Shown here in pieces: positions 7,923 to 15,895 of a stretch of 64,000 bases of DNA. The position numbers and the translations under genes were made by a program. Below the pieces are notes generated by a model that was given only the letters and a program-made list of their open reading frames with translations, was not told the origin of the DNA and ran no database searches. Numbering within the stretch: position 1 is the first letter of the stretch; the number at the start of each line of letters is the position of its first letter. The stretch is taken from positions 371,857 to 435,856 of IMG/VR virus record IMGVR_UViG_3300034073_003340. One strand, given 5' to 3'.

Positions 7923-9055
7923 GCTTCGATCGCCAGCAGTTCTTCCTTGGTTCGCGTAAACCGACTGAATACCCAGGCATTCTCCAGCATCCGCAGCCGC
8001 TGACCCATGGCCGGGCCAGGCTTCATACCCAGTGCCAGCAGATCCTTACCCGTTACCGGGAAAGTGGGAACCTTGAACGCCTCGGCATGACGTGCCAGCG
8101 AGGGCTCGCCTGCGATCTCCAGCATGGAAACCACATGATCCAGGGGGAACTTGTCGCGAGTCAGCATAACCTCAACCCGCTCTTCGGTCCAGTTCAGACC
8201 GCGATTGCGAATCAGGTTGCGCACCTTGGCTTCTTCGGCACTGCTCATCTTCCAAAACTTGAAGAAGTTCTCTTCATCGGTGTTGGCGATCAGCGTCGAC
8301 AGAGCAGCAACCGCATCATCCGACCGAGCCAGCTCAACGGGGTTGAACCGGAAAACACCCAGCGCACGATTGACGCCGGTCTTGAACATCGCGTCAACGA
8401 TCCGAACCCGAGCCGGCATCTTGGGATCCAGCAGCTTGCTCATTTCCTGCCAAAAACGCTCCACACTGACAAGGTTCAGTTTGTCCAGAACTTCGGCATC
8501 GCTGAACAGATCCAGATCGTCCTGGCTCATCGTGCTGTCGAAACGAGCAGCAAAGCGGAAGTAGCGCAGAATACGCAGGTAATCTTCCTGGACTCGCAGT
8601 TCCGAAACACCAACAAAGCGCACAACCTTGTTCTTCAGATCCTCGCGACCACCAAAGTAGTCGTAAACCAGACCGTTGAAGTCCATGCTCATTGCGTTGA
8701 TGGTCAGGTCGCGACGCTCAGCATCAATTTCGAAGCTGCGAGTAAACTCAACCTCGGCATGTCGACCGTCAGTCTCGACATCCACGCGCAGGGTGGTGAC
8801 CTCAAATGCTTCGCCGTCCACGACCAGCGTTGCCGTGCCGTGCTGGACACCGGTGGCAATGAAACCAAACTTGTTGGTGTTAGCAATAGCTTTCATTTCG
8901 TCCGGAGTAGCATCGGTGCAGAAGTCCACATCCTTGGGGACCACACCCAGCAGAGCGTCACGGACGCAACCACCAACAAAGCGGATCTCGAAACCGGCAG
9001 AAGAAAATGCTTCTCCCAGCTTGCGCGTTTCCGGTGTCATCAGCTTGTCCAGCAC
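7919..9055 (-). CDS. cca: Class II tRNA nucleotidyltransferase (CCA-adding enzyme)
   Basis: VGGCVRD, DVDFCT (DxD), EVTTLR, GRHAEV flexible loop, DAERRDLTINAM, GGREDL and EDYLRILRYFRF; no HD domain; GAGGAG RBS with GTG start. Confidence 0.92.
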   Translation of the reverse strand: MLDKLMTPETRKLGEAFSSAGFEIRFVGGCVRDALLGVVPKDVDFCTDATPDEMKAIANTNKFGFIATGVQHGTATLVVDGEAFEVTTLRVDVETDGRHAEVEFTRSFEIDAERRDLTINAMSMDFNGLVYDYFGGREDLKNKVVRFVGVSELRVQEDYLRILRYFRFAARFDSTMSQDDLDLFSDAEVLDKLNLVSVERFWQEMSKLLDPKMPARVRIVDAMFKTGVNRALGVFRFNPVELARSDDAVAALSTLIANTDEENFFKFWKMSSAEEAKVRNLIRNRGLNWTEERVEVMLTRDKFPLDHVVSMLEIAGEPSLARHAEAFKVPTFPVTGKDLLALGMKPGPAMGQRLRMLENAWVFSRFTRTKEELLAIEA

Positions 9056-9092
9056 GTCGATCTCCTCTTTGTTACAAGGGTAGTTCTAACAC

Positions 9093-9821
9093 CTATTCGG
9101 GAGACGTCAACCTATTTGATTTTATTGTCAGCATTCTGGCTTTGAATTCTTCAGCAAGATCAGGGCGAAACAAAAATACCATAGCAAGCTGCCAAATACG
9201 CTGCTGTCTCCGCTCCTCAGACTTTTTGTTTCTCTCGGCATCGCGGATTTGCTTTGCTCCGGACAGCTTGCGATTTCGCTTGGTCCAGAGTTCGGGATTC
9301 TGTCGCGCTTTGAGAAAATCCTCAAAGGGTTCAGTTTGGCGATCACTGTTACATAGGGTACAAGCGAGAGCCAGATTACTCAGCTTATCAGTGCCGCCAT
9401 ACATCTGAGGAATCTTATGATCCACCGTGGCCATTTGCTTTACCAGCATACCTTCCGGCGGACGCTGTTTTTTAACACCCTCAACTGGTAGCCAGGTTTG
9501 ACAATTACAAAATACGCAACGTCCATCCTGTTGGTTGAAGAGCTTGATGAGCTTTTTGCGCCTACTCATAGTGAATTTGGTATACCACCACTCCTTTTGA
9601 TCGGGCGTTGGCCACTTTCGATTGACACCAGCTCGTATGACCTGACTATACGTCATATGATCAAGATGGCCAGCATGAATTTTATTTGTCTGGCTTACTG
9701 GGGATGCGATTGTAGATGTCTCGCATAACAAAGATGGGAAACATGATGAGTCGGACTGCTCCAACAACGAGTCGTTCTTGAATTCCTCGATTCTTTCCAT
9801 GTTCCATTTTGTAATCTCCAT
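9093..9821 (-). CDS. HNH endonuclease
   Basis: CVFC...ATVDHKIPQMYGGTDKLSNLALACTLCN HNH/zinc-finger signature. Confidence 0.85.
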   Translation of the reverse strand: MEITKWNMERIEEFKNDSLLEQSDSSCFPSLLCETSTIASPVSQTNKIHAGHLDHMTYSQVIRAGVNRKWPTPDQKEWWYTKFTMSRRKKLIKLFNQQDGRCVFCNCQTWLPVEGVKKQRPPEGMLVKQMATVDHKIPQMYGGTDKLSNLALACTLCNSDRQTEPFEDFLKARQNPELWTKRNRKLSGAKQIRDAERNKKSEERRQQRIWQLAMVFLFRPDLAEEFKARMLTIKSNRLTSPE

Positions 9822-9838
9822 ATCATTACAACCGTAGT

Positions 9839-10084
9839 CTATTCACCACCAAAGGTCAACTTGAAAAGAATAGCAGTCTGTTTGCTTTCAAAGGCAAAGA
9901 CATCCCGAGCTCTCTCACGACCCAGATAGTCATAATCTTGGACGATTTCCAAGTTGGCTTCTCTTAGCCAAAACTCTATTTCTCGCATTCTTCGCCCGAC
10001 CGCCGTTTTGACAACATGACGGGATGATATATTACTCAAATCCATCATCAAACCCCATATCAAAATACTGTGCGTCGTCGTCAA
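9839..10084 (-). CDS. FKL-family small protein (true start probably downstream of the track start)
   Basis: EFWLREA...FAFESKQTAILFKLTFGG. Confidence 0.65.
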   Translation of the reverse strand: MTTTHSILIWGLMMDLSNISSRHVVKTAVGRRMREIEFWLREANLEIVQDYDYLGRERARDVFAFESKQTAILFKLTFGGE

Positions 10085-10745
10085 ACATTCGGTCTAGTTC
10101 ATGTTTCTCAATATCATCTGCCCCCATAGAATCAAAATAATCGTCATCCTCTGAGTCTACTTGATGCCACTCTGCTTCATTGAAGTTCTTAAATTTGAAG
10201 TCCCGCTCAAGCAAAGCAACATAGAAGATATAATGTGGATCTCCCAGATCAGGAACATAGGTTATCTCAAGTGTGTATATACCATAAGCCCCTAGGCTCT
10301 GTTTAAGCCTTTGTGTGAGATTTTTTAAATTTTCTGGAAATCTCACCTTGAGTTGTCCAGACCATCCCTTGCCAAAAACCGCCTCGTCATCATTTAACCC
10401 AATATAGAAAATGGTGTCGATGTCATCGACAGTCATGTTTCTAAATTCCATATTTCGCGGACGGAAAAATATCTTTTCGTCCATGTCAAGGTGATTCAAA
10501 GGCACGTTATTGAGTGGCAATGGATTGGCATTAAGCCAGTTCTCAACCCCTTTTAAAGAATTGATGCTTTGGAGATTGTTTCTATGAATCTTATACTGAT
10601 CAACAATCATTCGCAGACGGCGATAGGTCTCGGGTGATGCGGTTGACCACCGACGATCAGAAACAGCGTTATTGACTGAAAGAGCAAATTGTCTGAATTC
10701 AAACCATGAGCTGAATCTACGGTTATCCAAAACACTCCTGATCAT
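10032..10745 (-). CDS. Hypothetical protein with very acidic C-terminus
   Basis: 237-aa ORF coupled to the upstream gene; tail DSEDDDYFDSMGADD...DDDAQYFDMGFDDGFE. Confidence 0.7.
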   Translation of the reverse strand: MIRSVLDNRRFSSWFEFRQFALSVNNAVSDRRWSTASPETYRRLRMIVDQYKIHRNNLQSINSLKGVENWLNANPLPLNNVPLNHLDMDEKIFFRPRNMEFRNMTVDDIDTIFYIGLNDDEAVFGKGWSGQLKVRFPENLKNLTQRLKQSLGAYGIYTLEITYVPDLGDPHYIFYVALLERDFKFKNFNEAEWHQVDSEDDDYFDSMGADDIEKHELDRMFDDDAQYFDMGFDDGFE

Positions 10746-11869
10746 AGAGCTTTAACCCTTGTCAACACTGTGCTCTTGTTACCCTTGAATTCATTATGGT
10801 CCTTGACCGTTCCGCGGATCTTTATGGTCTTGCCCACGTGGCTTTTGAGAGCCGGCTTGGTGGCAAACCACGTAAAGCGATTACCATGCCCATCGCGCAT
10901 CTTATGGAGATAGCTGAATTCGAGGGTGCGAACTTCGTCCACTGTTACTTCGATCTCCATTTTCTGTCCCTTGACTCCCTGGAAAGTGGAGGAAGCCCCC
11001 TTGGGACGCATCCGGGCATAATAGCTACCAACGATAGAAGCCGCAATGCCAATGCTGCGAGGCTCGATAGCTTCAGCAAGTGCCACTACGCGAATATTGT
11101 GCTCATAGTCCGAGAGATCACCGTCGAGCTCGCTTGCCCAGTCGCGAGCCGCGATAGCAAGGTTACGAGCACCTTCGCTTACAATAGGCAACTGCTGGTG
11201 CATTCTTGCGAATACATCATCGGCAGTGCTTTTGCCGCCGGTTTCCTTGGCCTGCTTCTTACTCGTCCAGCCGCGATCCAAGACACTTTCAGCGCAAAGC
11301 TGAAGGAACATCTCGGTACCAATCCAGCGATGATCGATCAGGCTGCTGCCGTCTTCGCCCTTGTTCCAGGCCATACGCTTGAGTTCACCCAAGCTCGCAA
11401 TAAGCTCAGCCATCTTGGCCCACTTGTCAGCCTCACCGTGCCCCAAGAAATCCTTGAGGCACGAGCTACCAACCTGTCGAAATCCTTCAGCTTCGTTGAA
11501 GACCACAAACGTGTCGCGCCGACGACGCTTGTGACCACAGTGGTCGCAAACGGGTTCGCTGGTTCGGTATTCTTCGGGAAGTTCGCGCACATCAGTGGTG
11601 CGGACGATATTACCGGCTTCGTTGGCGTGGTCGATACGAGCCACGAACTCCCACCCAGCCAGCTTGGGCTCAGGGCAAGAAACAAATACTTCCATGATCT
11701 TCTGATTGAAGAACTTGGAATCCTTGGATTCTTCGAAGTGAAAACCCACAACGGTCATGAAGAGACGCTCTCCGGTGAGTTTTTGGGCCCGCTTACCAAT
11801 ACGGGTCATCTGGTCCTTGAACCATTCAAAACCTGCTGCCGGAATGTCGAACGTCTTGCCTTCTGCCAT
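10742..11869 (-). CDS. Phage protein with zinc-ribbon and C-terminal OB-fold-like domain
   Basis: CDHC...QVGSSCLKDF; C-terminal IRGTVKDHNEFKGNKSTVLTRVK is OB-like. Start set at MAEGK behind a GGAG RBS. Confidence 0.7.
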   Translation of the reverse strand: MAEGKTFDIPAAGFEWFKDQMTRIGKRAQKLTGERLFMTVVGFHFEESKDSKFFNQKIMEVFVSCPEPKLAGWEFVARIDHANEAGNIVRTTDVRELPEEYRTSEPVCDHCGHKRRRRDTFVVFNEAEGFRQVGSSCLKDFLGHGEADKWAKMAELIASLGELKRMAWNKGEDGSSLIDHRWIGTEMFLQLCAESVLDRGWTSKKQAKETGGKSTADDVFARMHQQLPIVSEGARNLAIAARDWASELDGDLSDYEHNIRVVALAEAIEPRSIGIAASIVGSYYARMRPKGASSTFQGVKGQKMEIEVTVDEVRTLEFSYLHKMRDGHGNRFTWFATKPALKSHVGKTIKIRGTVKDHNEFKGNKSTVLTRVKAL

Positions 11870-11895
11870 TGTTGATCTCCTCATCTGTTGCCCTG

Positions 11896-11923
11896 TTTCT
11901 ACAATCAGGTGAGGAGATGTCAA
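11896..11923 (-). promoter_or_regulatory. sigma70-type promoter
   Basis: TTGACA-N16-TAGAAA on the minus strand, just downstream of a terminator. Confidence 0.5.
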
Positions 11924-11938
11924 CCAGAATTTCACTCA

Positions 11939-11972
11939 AGAAAATGGTCCCAGTTTCCCAGGACCATTTTCT
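11939..11972 (-). terminator. Intrinsic terminator with GAAA tetraloop
   Basis: Minus strand AGAAAATGGTCCTGG-GAAA-CTGGGACCATTTTCT. Confidence 0.85.
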
Positions 11973-11981
11973 ATTCTAGAT

Positions 11982-12359
11982 TTATTCTGGTTCTTCGTCA
12001 GAGAAAGTATCAGCTTCCTCTTCGATTTCTACCTTATCTTCAGTGGCATCAGCAAAGTGCCAGCCAACAACGCTGCCATCGCCTAGCGTGGCCTTATGCG
12101 CGGAAATCTTCACAACGCGCAGGATGTTATCATCTAGGTCGCGAACGCTCAGGGTCATTTCACCTGTTAGTAGATCAGCAATGTCTTTATCAACGAGAGC
12201 GCATACACCAGTGTCACCACCAGCATTGACTTCAAAACGCTTGGAGCCGCGCTGACGAACGATATGGCCTTCAGTTGGCCCCGATCCGATATTTGCCTGA
12301 ACACGAAAATCCATACCTGGACCAGTGCCAAAATACTTCTTGTTAAGTGGTCGTCCCAT
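11982..12359 (-). CDS. Late-expressed, probably virion-associated protein
   Basis: MGRPLNKKYFG N-terminus typical of large-phage proteins; AGGAG RBS; TAAATA box upstream. Confidence 0.7.
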   Translation of the reverse strand: MGRPLNKKYFGTGPGMDFRVQANIGSGPTEGHIVRQRGSKRFEVNAGGDTGVCALVDKDIADLLTGEMTLSVRDLDDNILRVVKISAHKATLGDGSVVGWHFADATEDKVEIEEEADTFSDEEPE

Positions 12360-12393
12360 AAAAATCTCTCCTAATAGAGTAGGGTGTTTAGAC

Positions 12394-12399
12394 TATTTA
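12394..12399 (-). promoter_or_regulatory. T4-like late promoter box TAAATA
   Basis: TATTTA on the plus strand, 35 nt upstream of the 12359 start. Confidence 0.55.
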
Positions 12400-12412
12400 G
12401 CGAGATTGGGAC

Positions 12413-12853
12413 TTACACGGAGAGTTTGAGAAGCAATACCCTTCTAGGGACTTCGCTTAGTGGCGAATCTATCATGTTGGCCACATGAGTGATCATATTC
12501 TGAAAATCAGAACATTTGAAGTCGCTGTTGATGATGAAATCTTCGCCACTTTGCCAAAGCTTGTTCCAAGACATAATTCCGCCTTTGCTGAATTGACTGC
12601 CTTGTACACCAATGCCGTCTAGGTAAGTCAAAAAGGCAAAGACTATCTTTTTCTGACTTTCGTCAACAAATAAAGTTTCCAGATGGTAGCCCAAGCGGAT
12701 ACAAGAACGGGTCATTCTCCCCCGCTCATAAGGTGTCATGTTGTCAGGCTCGATTTCCTTGAGGTTGAGCGCTTTTTTATGGGCCAAGGAAACATTCCTG
12801 ACCACCCGTAGATGCTTGACTATATCTTTGTAGAGATCAGTCCTGTCGCACAT
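12413..12853 (-). CDS. Hypothetical protein
   Basis: 146-aa ORF; start overlaps the NADAR stop. Confidence 0.65.
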   Translation of the reverse strand: MCDRTDLYKDIVKHLRVVRNVSLAHKKALNLKEIEPDNMTPYERGRMTRSCIRLGYHLETLFVDESQKKIVFAFLTYLDGIGVQGSQFSKGGIMSWNKLWQSGEDFIINSDFKCSDFQNMITHVANMIDSPLSEVPRRVLLLKLSV

Positions 12854-13386
12854 CAGAGGGCTGCGCTGGGCTTCAACGAGTAGCCCTGTCGGGTCGTAGG
12901 AGCCATCGACTTGCGTAGAGTAATGATATCCCGGCGAACTTGTGTGATGATCTCACCCAGCCAGTTGGTTCCTTGCCAAGTGCTACGATCAAGAGCCCGA
13001 GGATCACTAGCATCCAAACCAATACCCCAAATTTTATCCCAGGGACTGGCTTCTACCAATGTGGTTCCATCAGTAGATAGAAGCCACTCAAGAAATTCAT
13101 CATTCTGTGTGAACTTGGCAAAGTTGGCACGATAGACAAACAGCTTGGCGTTCTTTTCCCAAGTTTCCTGATCGAAGTTCCTGACCGTCCGGCCTGTCGC
13201 CTTCTGTATCTTTGGGTTATCGGTCCCCATGATGATCTGAAGAGCGTCGTCATCGCCAAAGAGGATGGCTTTCTGCGCCATCATATATTGCTCGGCGGTA
13301 TTGTAGACGACCCCGTCTACAGTGAAAAAGCTAGAGGCCCACTGACTGGCATAGCCACCATAGAAGAATGTGAACTTTTCAGTCAT
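12853..13386 (-). CDS. NADAR (YbiA-like) family protein
   Basis: SQW, YNTAEQYMMAQKAILFGD, KFTQN, LVEASPWDKIWGIG and WQGTNWLG. Start set at MTEKF, right after the nuclease stop. Confidence 0.92.
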   Translation of the reverse strand: MTEKFTFFYGGYASQWASSFFTVDGVVYNTAEQYMMAQKAILFGDDDALQIIMGTDNPKIQKATGRTVRNFDQETWEKNAKLFVYRANFAKFTQNDEFLEWLLSTDGTTLVEASPWDKIWGIGLDASDPRALDRSTWQGTNWLGEIITQVRRDIITLRKSMAPTTRQGYSLKPSAAL

Positions 13387-13387
13387 A

Positions 13388-13825
13388 TCAGCACCATCCT
13401 GCGCGTTTGCCACCGGCATATGGGCGAGCATATCCCTGTATGATCATCAGTTGAGCCAGGCTCTCGCCATTAGAAAGATAAACATCGGCGCCGACTCGTC
13501 CGCCGTATTTGTCCCACTTTAGGCCTTGGAGAGTGACCCGATTGCCGCTCAGCTTGAGCATACGAGTAGTAAAGAGCTTGGCTCCTGCCGCCGTCCGGCG
13601 TTCTTCATTACACTTGCCCCGCATCTCCGCGGTATCAATACCGCGAACCCGGACACCGATACGTCGTAGTTCCGGGGGAAGACCTGGCATATCAATGTAA
13701 AAGGTGTCACCGTCATAAACGCCAGTGACATTGTATTCATAGCGGGCTTGGGACAGTTTGGCGTCAGCAGTAGCTGATCCAAAGAACGCGAAGGCCATAG
13801 CAGCCAAGATGGTGAACTTTTTCAT
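13388..13825 (-). CDS. Thermonuclease (SNase-like) with signal peptide
   Basis: VTGVYDGDTF, VRVRGIDTAEM, DKYGGRV and LAQLMIIQGYARPY; N-terminal MKKFTILAAMAFAFFGSATADA. Confidence 0.88.
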   Translation of the reverse strand: MKKFTILAAMAFAFFGSATADAKLSQARYEYNVTGVYDGDTFYIDMPGLPPELRRIGVRVRGIDTAEMRGKCNEERRTAAGAKLFTTRMLKLSGNRVTLQGLKWDKYGGRVGADVYLSNGESLAQLMIIQGYARPYAGGKRAGWC

Positions 13826-13832
13826 ACATGAC

Positions 13833-13861
13833 CTTATATAGGCAAACACCTATAATGTCAA
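13833..13861 (-). promoter_or_regulatory. sigma70-type promoter for the nuclease-NADAR operon
   Basis: TTGACA-N17-TATAAG. Confidence 0.6.
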
Positions 13862-13870
13862 CCAGTCATG

Positions 13871-13900
13871 GAAAAGGCCCCAGTTTCCCAGGGCCTTTCC
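13871..13900 (-). terminator. Intrinsic terminator with GAAA tetraloop after the TelA-like gene
   Basis: Minus strand AAGGCCCTGG-GAAA-CTGGGGCCTTTT. Confidence 0.8.
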
Positions 13901-13905
13901 GGTGA

Positions 13906-15126
13906 TTATGCTCGGAGAGCAGCTTGGCGATTTGCCGCGCTGAGCAGCGTTTCCTTGAGCTTCTGTTCCGCACTCTGCAGGGCAGTTTCAGCGGCAGCGC
14001 GCTTGGCCTTGCCCTGTTCAGCAAGATCAATGCTGTCATTGATCGTCTGCATCAGCAAGTCGTTTGCCTGAACCGCTGCTTCGACATCAAAGATGCCACG
14101 TTCGATTTCAGTTCGAGCAACCTTGTTGCTCTGATTGAGTTGCTTGGCACTTGTCACCAACAGATCGTTGGTAAAATCAGTCGCCGCCTTGGAAGCCTTG
14201 CCAGCTTCTTCAGCCCGCCATGCTGCGATGCTGACTGCCATCGTGCGCTTCCAAAGGGGAACCGACGTCAGCAGCTGAGTCTGGATCTTCTCTGCCAATC
14301 CCTTGTCGTTGGACTGAACGATGCGAATGCTCGGCAGTGCCTGGATCGTCACATTACGAGTGAGCAGCAGGTCCGCCCGCTTACGCTCCAGAGAATCACG
14401 AGCTTCAGTCATGTCTCGCACCGCCTGGGTGTCGTTCATGTCCTGCGTTTCGTTTGCCTTGGCCTGTAGTGCTGGGATTTCCTTGGTGTTGACCTCATTC
14501 AAGAGATAATCGATAGCAGCAATCTGTTCATCGAGCGCATCGAGAAGTCCGAGGGTCGCTTCGTATTGCTTGTCCAATGCCACAATATCCTTGAGCATCT
14601 GAACCCGGTGACCTTCGAGAATGTTGGCGCTAGCAATCAGCTGAGCTTCAACCGTCTTGTATTTGTCCAAGAACTTCTGGAGGACGCTCGCGCCACCGAA
14701 TAGCTTTTTGAGGAAGCCGGGCTTTTTGCCAGTAGCCAGCTCGCCAAAGTCCAGGCCCTTCATTTCCCGGACCATTGCGTTCATCTGTTCACCCACCGGG
14801 CCAGTGTCCTTGGTGCGAACTCCCTGGAGCATCTGTTCCGATACCGCAGTGGTTGCCTTTTGAGCTTCAACGCCGAACGTGATGATGGACTGGCTATCGC
14901 GCAGATTGATCTTGCTGGCCAGTTCACGGGCGCGTTCCACTGAAACCTTGGAGCCGGCTCGACCTACCTGGTCGTTCAGCGAAACGATTTCCTGTGAACC
15001 AATTTCAGGAACGATCAGTGCGTTCTCAGAAGTTGGGGTGGAGAGAAGTTCACCGGTAAGCGACGGGGTTTCCGTAGCCACGCCGATCTTAGTAGGATCA
15101 GATGCCATAATTTCAGATTCCTTCAT
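13906..15126 (-). CDS. telA: TelA/KlaA toxic-anion resistance family protein
   Basis: SIITFGVEAQ, KKPGFLKKLFGG, KFLDKYKTVEAQL, IRIVQSNDKGLAEKIQ...VPLWK and ERGIFDVE, the characteristic TelA blocks. Confidence 0.88.
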   Translation of the reverse strand: MKESEIMASDPTKIGVATETPSLTGELLSTPTSENALIVPEIGSQEIVSLNDQVGRAGSKVSVERARELASKINLRDSQSIITFGVEAQKATTAVSEQMLQGVRTKDTGPVGEQMNAMVREMKGLDFGELATGKKPGFLKKLFGGASVLQKFLDKYKTVEAQLIASANILEGHRVQMLKDIVALDKQYEATLGLLDALDEQIAAIDYLLNEVNTKEIPALQAKANETQDMNDTQAVRDMTEARDSLERKRADLLLTRNVTIQALPSIRIVQSNDKGLAEKIQTQLLTSVPLWKRTMAVSIAAWRAEEAGKASKAATDFTNDLLVTSAKQLNQSNKVARTEIERGIFDVEAAVQANDLLMQTINDSIDLAEQGKAKRAAAETALQSAEQKLKETLLSAANRQAALRA

Positions 15127-15775
15127 TTTGGAGACGGCCCTTCATAACCGTAAGATTGACGTCAAAATCCATGACATCGTTGGCCAAGAGTTTATCAAGC
15201 AACTCCTGGAACTTCTGCTCGATTGTATCGAGAAGCTCGTCGAATTGGGCCATTTGCTTTTGGGCTTCGATGCTGCGAGCACCGGTGCGACTCAGTTGAG
15301 CATACCCCTTGACCAGATTGATCGTCTCATCAAGGTAGCTGTTGAGCCATGACTGTGCGAGTCTGACATCCTTGGGATCCTGTCGGAAGTCCTCAACGAT
15401 CTTAAAGCCCAGGGCAACAATATGTTTGATCCTACGAGTCACGTTTGGCGCTCGGATCTGAAGAGATTCGTGTTGGATCCGCTCAAGCTTTTCAGTGCCA
15501 ACGCGGATAGCTTCCACTACCTCGGCAGTGGTAACACCACTGTTTTGTGTGTTGGCAATGCCGTCAATTTTGGCATAGAGATCTTTGATCTCTTGGCTCG
15601 TCACCGGACGGCGACCTGGCCACCAGTACCAAATACCTAGACCAGTAGCAGCGGCAAGCGGAGTCGCCAGCGCGAGATCTGCTACAAAGCCTAGTGGAAA
15701 AGCTGCCATACCTCCGGCAAATACACATGCGGCTCCACTTAGGGCAGCAACCTTGCTAATCGTGCTATTTTTCAT
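15113..15775 (-). CDS. XpaC-like (5-bromo-4-chloroindolyl phosphate hydrolysis family) membrane protein
   Basis: Two N-terminal TM segments; DPKDVRLAQSWLNSYLDETINLVKGYAQL and DFDVNLTVM; directly upstream of and overlapping telA, the known XpaC-TelA arrangement. Confidence 0.78.
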   Translation of the reverse strand: MKNSTISKVAALSGAACVFAGGMAAFPLGFVADLALATPLAAATGLGIWYWWPGRRPVTSQEIKDLYAKIDGIANTQNSGVTTAEVVEAIRVGTEKLERIQHESLQIRAPNVTRRIKHIVALGFKIVEDFRQDPKDVRLAQSWLNSYLDETINLVKGYAQLSRTGARSIEAQKQMAQFDELLDTIEQKFQELLDKLLANDVMDFDVNLTVMKGRLQNEGI

Positions 15776-15801
15776 CGAAGTCCTCTTTGAATTTAGACTC
15801 A

Positions 15802-15829
15802 GTTATACTCCTAAATAGCAACGTGTCTA
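15802..15829 (-). promoter_or_regulatory. sigma70-type promoter for xpaC-like/telA
   Basis: TAGACA-N16-TATAAC followed by a GAGGA RBS. Confidence 0.5.
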
Positions 15830-15846
15830 CTTTTCTTTGGAAGAAA

Positions 15847-15876
15847 GGAAAGGGTGGCAATTTTGCCACCCTTTCC
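15847..15876. terminator. Intrinsic terminator after the flotillin gene
   Basis: Perfect 14-bp arms GGAAAGGGTGGCAA / TTGCCACCCTTTCC. Confidence 0.85.
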
Positions 15877-15895
15877 CGTAGAAGCCCTGTGAGGC

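Noticed and set aside
8087-9145. 352-aa plus-strand ORF opposite cca; similar long antisense ORFs at 7626-8003, 10796-11875, 13924-14469 and 16778-17326
   Set aside because: They are shadows of genuine minus-strand genes with C/G-ending codon bias. They have no RBS or motifs and unnatural composition.
9093-9821. HNH gene as an intron-encoded or cca-targeting homing endonuclease
   Set aside because: It is free-standing, the neighbouring genes are uninterrupted, and nothing in the sequence identifies a target.
15812-15817. Plus-strand TAAATA as an antisense late promoter
   Set aside because: It lies within the spacer of a minus-strand sigma70 promoter and faces a terminator 30 bp away; a chance hexamer is more likely.
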